DNA from: Octopus bimaculoides
Taxonomy: Eukaryota
Direction of reading: 5' to 3'
NCBI RefSeq assembly: GCF_001194135.2
Contig: NC_068986.1
Span: 11,485,443 to 11,549,442 of the forward strand
DNA length: 64,000 nucleotides
Shown here: in pieces, positions 53,336 through 64,000 of the stretch
Numbering within the stretch: position 1 is the first letter of the stretch
How the letters are laid out: each line of letters begins with the position of its first letter
The notes under the pieces: model-generated
Told to the model about the DNA's origin: nothing
The model's database searches: none
Seen by the model: only the letters and a program-made list of their open reading frames with translations
Position numbers and translations under genes: made by a program

Positions 53336-53902
53336 TGAGGTCTGATCAAAAAGTATTAGGGACTGTTGCTATGGTAACAGCTAAAGTACACAGAGTGAAG
53401 CCATTTGGCACATATGCACCTTGGACTCTGTTGTGCATGCGCATTTGTTATAATGTTCTTCTCACTCACTTTTATTGTTTGTAGCAGTGCTTGGCAGTAA
53501 AGTGTGTAGAGAGTGGTCATCTCAAAAAGAAGATAGGGATTCAGCAGTGCAGGGTCTCCTTGATTGTGTCAAGGAAGATGGAAACTGTTTGAAAAGGGTC
53601 ACAGCAGGTGATGAATTGTGGGTCTATGGCTATAACCCTTTCCTTTTTCCAAAAATCAGTTCCCACTTGAAAGGAACAAGATTTCAAGATGAGGAAATTC
53701 AAGAGAATGCTTCAAGGCAACTGCTCACTAACCCCAAAAAGGGGTTCCAGGAATGCTTCCATCAATGGAAACCATGCAGGATATAAAGTGTGTGGCTTCA
53801 GAAGGGGACAACTTCAAAGGAGATTAAATGCTGGATTGGTATAAGTTGTTGTTTTCTTTTTATAGCACCAGTCCCCCAATAATACTTTTTGATCAGGTCT
53901 CG
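53336..53902 (+). mobile_element. Mariner (Tc1/mariner) internal-deletion derivative
   Basis: TA + TIR TGAGGTCTGATCAAAAAGTATT and right TIR AATACTTTTTGATCAGGTCTCG (16-bp perfect core). ORF 53475-53786 retains RVTAGDELWVYGYNP (GDETW motif) fused to FLFPKI..LKG.RF..EEI (C-terminus). Confidence 0.9.
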
Positions 53903-53996
53903 CACAACTGATAGTGTATCCTTGATAAAAGTTTGAGTACTGCTCTTGAATTCTTCAGCCTTTATAATGTAATTTACTTTTCGGTTCTATTCACAG

Positions 53997-55002
53997 GAAA
54001 TTGTGCGTTGAATCCAACTTACCAAAAGAAACGCAGCTCGTCACAAATTCAAAGGACCCTTATGAATTTAATATGGTTGACCCCATGTCTGGAAGCAGCC
54101 ACAGTTCGAATAGTGTAATTAATTCAACAAACAAAGGTGCTGTAAAGCCCAAATCAAAATCCTCTACCAGCAAATCCTCCAAACCTAAAGACAGTGGTAC
54201 AAAAAGCCCTGGGCTGCTCTCAACTGTTGCTGGTGGTAATGTAGCCAAACGGAAACGAAGTGGTGGTGGTGGTGGTGGTGGTGGAGGCGGCGGTGGTGTT
54301 GTACAAACCGGCCCAGTTTCAGCTGCTACTTCGAACCCTAATTGTACGAATTTTTCCAACAATGTAATGAACATGTCAGTTTACAGTCCGAATAACACAG
54401 TTGCAGCCTTTGCGTACCCCAATGTTAATTTAAGCAGTACCACCCTCAGCCACTTCAATGCAACTCTCCCAACAGGGAAACAAAACCCTTCCATCGACCC
54501 ACAATTGACTAAAATCAAAGAATTTGGATTTGTGGTTACGGGTTTTGATTCACGGCAAGGTTTGGTTAACGGACAATATATAAATATTGCCTGCATGGCC
54601 GATTCGGTCATGACGCAGGTGCCAACACAAGATGAACGTTGTAGCGGCAGCAACAGTATCAAACGTAATCACAATGGAAGTGTGAAAAGTTCATGTGCTG
54701 GTAACAAAACTTCAAACATGCTGGATTCTTCTTCCTCCTCCTCTTCTTCTTCTTCTTCCTCCTCCTCTTCTTCATCTTCTCAGTCAGTATCAAGCAACAG
54801 CCTTTATGCCACCATGCCACGGAACACTACCATGTTTATGGATGCAGGCTCTGTGCTGACCTCCGTATCATTAGGAGCGGCAGCATCCAATACTGTTGTC
54901 TCGTTAAGTAACAGCACTCAGTCACCCACTCTACCAAGTCCCTCGACGACCCCAAGTCCACATCTCAGATCAGTAAGTATACAACCACACGTGTCACACT
55001 AG
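53997..55002 (+). CDS. ATXN7: Ataxin-7 family probable last coding exon (low-complexity Ser/Gly/Asn-rich C-terminus, KRKR basic motif)
   Basis: Acceptor ttctattcacag|G is phase 2 (AA+G=Lys) and in frame with the 333-aa ORF 54001-55002, ending TAG. An alternative strong donor TCA|gtaagt exists at 54972. Confidence 0.85.
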
Positions 55003-55405
55003 AAATAATTCCACATTTGTACCATCTCCACAGAAATTGTTTAAAAATTACAGAAAGAAAGGGAAAAAAAAAAAAAAACGCAACTATACATTGTCNNNNN
55101 NNNNNAGGGAAAAAAAAAAAAAGACGCAACTATACATTGTCATGTGATTGAAAAGCCTAGGCACAGTGATAGGTAGATCTACTCTTTCCATCTCTGTGTT
55201 CTACCATAATCCACTAGATATGTAAAAGCCATTCTTTGCCACAAATGGCAGTTTTCTTTGTTATTCTATCTTTTTTTTTCCTTTTTTTTTTTTTTGTTAT
55301 AGCTTTCAACTAAATTTCCTACTCCATGGTTTAGTACGAGAAAATCAATATACCAAGAAATAATGTGTGTGTGTATTCATGTATATTAGTGTGTGTGTGT
55401 ATGTG

Positions 55406-55439
<34 letters not shown>

Positions 55440-56201
55440 TACATGTGTGTGTGTGTACGTACATTTATGTGTGTGTACGTATGTATGTGTATATATATAT
55501 CTATGTTATTTATATATTTATCTGTATTTCCATATATATAATATATAGAGATTTTTATGTGTGTGTGTGTATGTGTATATATATATATATATATATATAC
55601 ATGCACACACATTTGTGGGTGTGTCTTCATATGTTTTTATGGATATTTGTGTGTATGTGAGACCTATAAATTAATATGTATATCTATATATGTATGTGTA
55701 TATATGCAGGTGTGTGTGTGTGTATACATATATTCTTATTTAATAATTCTTGTTACTTGTTTTATTCATTACACTGTGGCCATACAGGGGCACCACACTC
55801 AATTAATTAGTCCACCTGTCTCGTTTTGCTAATCTGCAAGGTTTTGTCGGATGTAAAGAAATACAAAGAAAATGTACCAAACCCCCATATTTCTGAGAAA
55901 ATTTCTTAACCACACAGCCATTCCTCCACACAAATACACACTTACATAGATGCATACACATGTACACATTTTTATTTTTATATACACTTCTTTATATATG
56001 TATATATATATTTAGATATCTACATATATATTTATGTATTTATATGTGTGTGTATATATGTAGTGTGTGTGTGTATATACATGCTAATATTGGTATTCTC
56101 ATCCAAACACTAACCCCTGTGGCACGCTTGAACAATTGTTAAGATTTCTCTTTACATGAAGCCATTGGTAGCCTTATTCCACAAATAAGGTGTGTGTGTG
56201 T

Positions 56202-56232
<31 letters not shown>

Positions 56233-57105
56233 CTTTTTATTTGTGGATATATATAAAATCGTTTTAATGACCACTTTTTCATGCTTGCATGAGTAGACAG
56301 AATTTCTGCAGCTGGATGCCTTCCCTATCACCAACTCACACCTTTCTCCAAGTAATGTAATATTTTGCCATGATTGGACATGTCTTTCATTGAAGACTGG
56401 AGAAAAGGTCCCTACTTGCATAATGATGACACTCGTCTACAACCCCTGTCATGCAATGTCACGCATGCACACACTCTCTTGTGATGCACGCTTCTTTCAG
56501 TTTCTCTCTACCAAATCCACTTACAAGGCTTTGGTCAGCCCAGGGCTACAGCAGAATTCACTTGGTCTGAGGTCCTGCAGTGTGGAACTGAACACAGAAC
56601 CATGTGGTTGGGATGCAAGCTTCTTACCATGCTACCACACATTTGACTAAATAAATAAATGTGAATATTTATATACATATAGCAATTGGCTTCGATGTAG
56701 CTGCCTTTAACCGACACTTGGAAGGCATTTCCTATCTGAGGCATTTGCAGAAGACACGTGCCCAAGGTGGTGCAGGCAATGGGACCCCATGGTTGTGTAG
56801 TAAATACTTGAGCATAAAAGCCCTTCTGTGTGCGTGCGTGCATGCGTGATCTGCTTAAGAGTGTATTGCTTGCTGTTTATGTGGCACCAGCACAAGTGAG
56901 GTGACCAAGTAGCTCACAATACAAGATCCCTTGGTTGAATGGAGCTGCTATATGATGCTCTTCCTGTTGCCAACCCTTACCTGTCTCCAAGCAAGGTGAT
57001 CTTTCCGCCCGGCCTGACAGCTTTTCAGAGATTAGAAACTGACACTGCTTCTATGACAGTGATATGCATTTAAAACTATCACACATTGACAAAACAAAGA
57101 GACAT

Positions 57106-57143
<38 letters not shown>

Positions 57144-60100
57144 ATACACACACAATAGGTTTCTTTTAGCTTCCATCAGCTGAATCCACTCAGAAGGTTT
57201 TGATTGGCCTGGGACTATAACAGAAATCATTAACCAACGGTGCCATACAATGGGACTGAACTTGAAACTATGTGGCTAGTAGGCAGACTTCTTAACTATG
57301 CAGCTATGCTTGTGCTTATATGTGTGTGTTGAGATATAGTTTAGTTTTGTGTGTGAGTGAATGTGTGTGTGTGTATGAAGCAAGATGGAATGAACTGGTT
57401 TTAATCACAAAGCACAACAATTGTTTCTGTGCATTGGTAACAGCTGTTGCTGAGTTTTCCATATTGTACTATAGCATAAGATATTATGTAAATAAATATG
57501 ATCCAGCATTAGCTGTGTACCCACACATCATCAGGTAAGTGGCTTTGCGAGCACTCTGTGTGTGTGTGTGTGTATGTGTGTGTACATGCACACACACATA
57601 ATCACATTTCAATAGTTTTGGAAGCTAATGACATACCTGTTCAGTAAGTTAGAACATTTCCGAAGTAAATACACATTAGAAATGATATATATAAGTTCAG
57701 TGTTCATCAGCAGAGAAAAACGATCACACCATGCCAACATGTATGAATGTGCATTGGATTTGAGCTTGTAAAGTGGTCCTAACACCAACCACTTTGCAGT
57801 GTGGCAAACACCCAGTCCACCTTGTAAAGTGGTTGGCATTAGGAAAGGTATCCAGCTGTAGAAAGCATGCTAAAGCAGACATTGGAACTCAAAGCAGTCC
57901 TTAAACACATCAGGTCCTGTCAAACCATCCAATCCATGCTAAGCATGGAGCACAGACAAATAATAATGATGATGATTGTGTGTGTGTCTACACATTTGTG
58001 TATGTGGTAGATGAGTGTACCAGTGAATATTGCATGCTGCATAAAAGATTGTGTAGATACTCTCCCACACTGGCCTCTTGGCAGTATTTTTAGCTGACTT
58101 TTATGTAGTTCTGGTTGAAAATATTTTCCTACTTTTCAATTTATTTAGTAGCATTATTTCCCCATTTCTTTAATCCTTGATAATACTACTTCTCTCTCTC
58201 TTTCTCTCTCTTTCTCTCTCTCTCTCTCTGTATTTTTCATTTTTCTCTGTTCAATAAAACATAACATTAGCATGAAATACTTTGAAATACATCTAGAAAG
58301 TAAATTGCATCACTCTTTTCATAATGAAATGTTGAGAGGATTTCAGAAATCTTTGCTAAATATGTTAGCCTCATCTATTTTAAAATCATTCTGATTGGAC
58401 TTTTGATAAGCATATTCCTACCACACTCTTATCACTTACCCATCCATTTGTCATCCCTCTCTTCTCTCTTCTTGTCTACTTGTATTACCATTCTGTTACT
58501 CTTCATCGCCCTCATCACTGCTCATCTGCCCTTCCCGACCTTGCCTACTTATTCACTCGGAGGGGGGGGTACCTATTCTTCATTATGTTTACTGCCTCAC
58601 TCATTCCTCCATCTCTCACTCCCCCATACACTCTTTCAACCTCCATTCCCTTGCTTCCTTCCTTCCCTCCCCCCTTTCTGCTCGCCTCATACCTTGGGGG
58701 TCCACCCAGACACCTCATCACTCTTATTTTTATCTCTTCCCAGTTTCACCTCGATTAACCCCACCCTCTCTTCTAAAATGTGAGCAACCATGTTGCTCCT
58801 TTACAACAAGAAATTTGTTCTACTCTGGGCCCCTAACCCCTTCAGCCCCTAGCATAAAGCTACCCTTTTCAGGATTTGTAGTCCTGCCAGATGCATGGTA
58901 CTGGAGCCATGGAAAAAAGCACCCAGTACAAGCAATAAAGTGGTTGGCATTAGGAATGGCATCCAGAAACCATATCTAAGTGGACAGCCCAAGGAACACT
59001 AGTGTTAAATGGTGATGAGGATAAAGATACACAAACAGACACACCCACTTATTGGCACACATTTTCGTTTACTCATTTTGTCTTTTTATCCTCCTCCTTC
59101 TCATCATCATTTAATGTTTGCTTTCCATGCTGGCATGGGTTGGACGGTTTGACTGGATTTGGTAAGCCAGAGTTGCACCAGGATCCAATCTGATTTGGCA
59201 TGGTTTCTGTGGCTGGATGCCCTTCCTGACGCTAACCACTCCAAGAGTGTAACGGGTGCTTTTTACGTGCCACCAGCATTGGTGTTTAATTTATTACAAT
59301 GAAAAGGCAAGATGCATTCAACAATGAAACGAGGAAATTAAGATAGATGAGCTCAACAAAGCCTTTATGATATGTCTCTAAACACATCATCATTTTGAAG
59401 CTGTTGTTTGTGTGAGATTGACTGAATTTCATTTTGTAACTGTACCACATCCTCATCTCAATGTAGGAAAGAGTAAAATTGTGTGTGCAAGTGTCCCCCC
59501 ACACACGCACACAGACAGACAAGCATGGCGGTGTGGTTAAGAAGTTTTCTTCAGGGTCACATGGCTTGGGGTTCAGTCCCCATCATATGAACGTTGTTGA
59601 CTGACATTTTTATACCATAGCCATAAGTTGACTGATACTTTCTGTGTGAAATTAATAGAAATTGAAGAAGCTTGTTGCATATCTATATCTAGCTTTCAAT
59701 ATATTTATGTGTGAGTCTGTTTGTATTTCTTGTCTGATTGTTGATTGTAAACAAAAGGCTCATTCAAACAGTGCTGTTTGTTTCTAGTTCCCTATCTAAT
59801 TACTGGTTATTATTATTCACTAGCCCAAGAGATTATTACCTCCTTAGAAACAGCTGAGGTTTGGCAATAGGAAGAGCATTCAGCTAAAGAGGATCTACCT
59901 CAACAAATTCTATCAGACCCAAACTAGCGTGGAGAAATGGATGATCATCAGACAAACACACACACGCGCATCCACTTAAATGTGGATTCTTATACAGACG
60001 CATCCATGGTCAAATTATTTCAATGTTTGGTTGGTTAAACCTGAAGTCGCAGCTGTCATTTCCCTGCATGGCATTCTTGGAGAAGGTTGTCTTTTATGAT

Positions 60101-62264
60101 AGTTGTGGGTCAACACATGCCACATTATCTAAATTTCTCAGACACACCACACAACATGCAGTAACCCGGTTAAAGGGTCTCCTCTTGTAGGTCACTCACA
60201 GTAATGCTGTCTTATGATGGGAGTTTGAGTGCCTTTGTAGTACTCAGCCACATACACTCAGTGTGTAGATAATTCTGTTGACCAAACATTTTGACTCCCA
60301 TTTGTGAACATTTTCAAATTTGTTTACTTTTTTACTTGTGCATGTGTGTGTATTCATATTTGTGTATGAATATATGTATAATTTAGACATATGTGTGTTT
60401 GTATGTACTCAGACTTATATTTGTATGTATATATATATATATTGAGTATAACCGACCGAAAGTGCAATGACCCTCTGGAACTCGACTGAGGATAGGAAGC
60501 TCCGAATGACCCGTCCTTGTTTTTCCTGTCCTTTTTTTGTATCATCTAACTGTCCGGATGTTTTGTTGTCGCCTGTTGCATTCTTGTTCCATTTTTTTTG
60601 TCTTTATATNNNNNNNNNNNNNNNNNNNNNNNNNNNNNNNNNNNNNNNNNNNNNNNNNNNNNNNNNNNNNNNNNNNNNNNNNNNNNNNNNNNNNNNNNNN
60701 NNNNNNNNNNNNNNNNNNNNNNNNNNNNNNNNNNNNNNNNNNNNNNNNNNNNNNNNNNNNNNNNNNNNNNNNCTTTGTGAGTTACAAGTAATGCTATCTG
60801 TTGGAGTCTCAGCTTTTTTAGCTACTATTTCTGAACTTTGGTATGTGGTGAAGCAAATGTTTGCTGATCCCTTAATTATGTTTATAATATACCGAAGGGC
60901 TTGGTAAAAATTATTAATTGTTGATTTATTAATAAATTAATAAATTGATAAACCTTTACCCTTTTAATTGTATATATATATATATATATATATAGCAATA
61001 TGTGTGTGTGTGTGTGTGTGTCTGTCTGTTTACATGTGTATACATGTGCCTATAAGTAAATATGTGTGTTGACCACGAGTTGACAATAGCTTTACCTCTA
61101 CTCTCAGTAGTAGTCATTTCATTATCGTTAAACTTGCTGTCAAATGAATGCAGTCTTGATGTAGCACTCTGCTAATATTCCTATATTTTGAACCATTATG
61201 GCCATCATCAGTCACAATTGACATGTTCATGTTCATGTGTACCATGCCTTTGTCTTTGGTAAACAAACCTTTGCTAGTTGCAGGATAGTTGCCTATCTGT
61301 GAAGCAAAGTCTCGGTACTTATTCATCTAACCCATGCTGACCTGGAAAAATGAAGAGGGAGAAAACAAAAAAATGATTGAATGAAAATATATATAACAGA
61401 CAGAAATAATGGGTTATATACAGAAATACAGTATCAATCACAAAACTTTTCTTGTTAGCCTGATGTATTTTTATCTACAGAGAGTTAAAGAAATATTTCA
61501 CTTGGGTTATTAATCCCTCATTAATCCCTTTTTGTTTTGATACATATCAAAACACATTGTTTTGATATGTATCAAATACACACATTGTAAAGGGAGGCAA
61601 CCTATTTTTCACAGAAGAGACTGGACGCGAACAGCTTCACTTGTAAGATGATGCTTGTTTACAACCATCTCGTGATGTCAGGACAATAAGTGCGCTTGCA
61701 TGCACGCACACACACACACAACAGACTTCTTACACTTTCTGTCTACCAAATTCACTTATAAATATATATATATGTATATACTCACACACATATACACATG
61801 CGTGCGTGCGTGCATATATTTGTGTATCTATTGTGGGTCAGTGTTTCTGTGGAGCAATGTCCAATATTGTTGTGATGGTCACCTTAACAGGAGAAAACTC
61901 AGACTAGATACGACCAAGTTTACCTTTAAGCAGATATAGACATCAATAATGATAGGTGTGAATGACATTGGAATAGGTGAAATAAGTCAACATGGCATGG
62001 GATTTGGTGCTACTCAAGACCAGATGCCATATGTGCGTACTCTTTGTCTTGTTCTGCATGTGTTCCAGTATCTTCTTTAAACCATAATATGTTGGTCGCT
62101 CCTTAGCAAGTTGCCCTCAAACCTGAACACATCCAAAGATTCCTTTCATTGAGGACAACTTGAAATTCTACAACATGAGAGACAGCTGCCTATAATGACT
62201 TGTGCATGTGTATAATGTATCCATGTGTATATATATTGTATGCATGTTTGTATTTGTGTGTATA

Positions 62265-62445
62265 GATCGCTAGCCACTACACTTTTTTATTTTCTCTCCT
62301 TGTTTCTTTCTGTGTTCCTTTCTGTGGAAGAGCATAGGCTCGAAACATTAAAGACTTCTTCACTTCCCGAGCATTAAACTAATACATCTGTTTGTTGTCT
62401 ACACCACCTGTCTTTGTCTTTTGTTTTTTTGTGAATTCTCCCCCT
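62265..62445 (+). mobile_element. Penelope-like terminal-repeat fragment with a variant hammerhead fold (62318-62353)
   Basis: CTTT-CTGTGGA-A-GAGC-(ATAG)-GCTC-GAAA-C-ATT-AAAG in a pyrimidine-rich repeat. The PLE assignment is inferred from hammerhead architecture only. Confidence 0.5.
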
Positions 62446-62879
62446 ATATATGTGTGCGTGTGTGTGTTTGTACATGAATGTACAAATATGTATCATATGT
62501 GGCTATGTACATATACTACATATATTTATGTGCTAATGTGTGTGTATATAGGTGTAGTATGGCCACAAAAGAAACTCACTACTTGTTCATTATGAACACT
62601 ACTTGTTCATCTTGAACAATTGTCACTGTCTGGTGTCCCTGCTCAACCCAGACATTGTGAATTGGCTAGACACAACCGGAATTAAAGCACCATTGCATTG
62701 ATTGTATATAGAAAATTAAAAGAGCAGACCTATAACACCGGATCACTGTGCCTGAGTATTATGTTAAGGGTACATGTATCTGTGGAATGTTCAGTCCCTT
62801 GCATGTTAATTCAGTGGTCCTGGTGGGCCCCGGTGATCAAACAATTGAACACTCATGGTAAATAATCCTGACGGAGATC

Positions 62880-63460
62880 CATTTGTATGCATAAAGAGCT
62901 CAGACTCTCCAAGCAAAGGCATCAATCATTGCTGTGCATTTCTCCTACACATTTCATGGTTTCAACAAAGGAGACACATTACATACCCTGAAAAACTGTT
63001 GATGAGGTTATCAAAAGCTGGTCCCATGTAGAAAGCACACACTACACACTGTAAAGTAATTGATGTTCGGAAGAGCATCCAGCTGAAGGAACCATACTAA
63101 AACAGACAGTTGAGCTTGGCTCAGTCCTCTGGCTCACTAGTTCCTTACAAACCACCCAACCCATGCCAACATGGAAAACAGATGTAAAATGATGATGATG
63201 ATAATGACGATGATCTTCATCAAGCTTCATCCAAAGCATTCAGATGCTCCAACTAAAGGAATTTCCAATCAGAGTCGAACCCTTTCAGAGAGGGTCCAGA
63301 TTAGTTGCTATTTCACTTTGTGATTTGCTGGAGTGCATATCCTTTGGTTGAAATTTTGACCCCATCCAACACAATGGACTTCCTATCAAGCAGTAGTGAT
63401 CAACATGCCAGTGGAGCCTGTCTGTATCTCTCTTGGTTTGACTATGGTGACGATCTTGCC
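62880..63460 (+). mobile_element. Possible degenerate LINE reverse-transcriptase fossil, interrupted by a (GAT)n-tail repeat
   Basis: ORF 63305-63538 contains FDYGDDLAL, resembling the RT YADD-LAL motif. Upstream similarity is weak. Confidence 0.3.
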
Positions 63461-63847
63461 CTCAACTCATCAAGTGTGTGTGTTGTACAAAATTTTAAAG
63501 CTGTTGTTCAGTTTGTTTCTCAATATGATGAAAACTGAGTACGTGTGTGTGTGTGAATATATACTGAGTCTGTATGTGTGTGTGTGTATGCATAGGCATG
63601 CACATGTCTATACTCACATATACATACATATATATGCATGGATGTATATACACAGCTGTGGACATGTATATAGATATATTTACATTTGGAAATTTAGTCA
63701 TATATATGTTTATATATATAATATGCACACACAAACAGATACACATACACACATTTTTCCTTTTTTAAGGTTTCAAGGAATATTGATTTTCACATATTAA
63801 TTCCATGTGATAACAAATCTTCCTGTCTGGTTCTACGGTTTTACAAA

Positions 63848-63887
<40 letters not shown>

Positions 63888-64000
63888 ATCAAATTTATGC
63901 TTCAATTTAATGTGATTTTCATTTAATGTTAAAGTGATTTATGTCCACATATGCAATTAATTATAAGGCACTATATATATATATATACATATATATATAT

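Noticed and set aside
55331-55832. Cys/Val/Tyr/Ile/His-rich ORFs (also at 21815, 28058, 63396 and others)
   Set aside because: They are translations of (TG)n/(TA)n microsatellites.
55003-58260. Polyadenylation signals (AATAAA near 56650 and 58253)
   Set aside because: The hexamer is common in AT-rich DNA and cannot be assigned without transcript data.

Overview
AT-rich, microsatellite- and gap-rich animal genomic DNA. The repeat families look cephalopod, probably an Octopus draft assembly; this is inferred and no database was searched. One protein-coding gene is supported: an ataxin-7 family (ATXN7/Sgf73-like, SAGA DUB-module) gene on the + strand. It has six recoverable GT-AG exons between 34501 and 55002, including a spliced SCA7 zinc-binding domain (C-X10-C-X5-C-X2-H) and the conserved HHPRP-x-x-x-CTFG block. 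Its N-terminal exons were not found in 1-34500, and one exon is interrupted by a ~905-N gap. The rest is intron or flank packed with tRNA-derived SINEs, a (GAT)n-tailed retroposon family, piggyBac- and hAT-type MITEs, a mariner deletion derivative and LINE fossils (R4/Dong-like RLE, RTE, L1/Tx1-like APE). The most unusual signal is RNA-structural: three unrelated repeat families carry minimal type-I hammerhead-ribozyme folds of the Penelope-like-element kind. The first is a tRNA-headed (Pol III A/B box) SINE-like element with an intact hammerhead core at 20769-20814 and a second copy at 4634-4679. The second is a 3x ~105-bp tandem array of decayed hammerheads antisense in an ATXN7 intron. The third is an A6U variant at 62318-62353. 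A 60-nt miRNA-like intronic hairpin is also present. Coordinates were counted by hand, and repeat boundaries are approximate.
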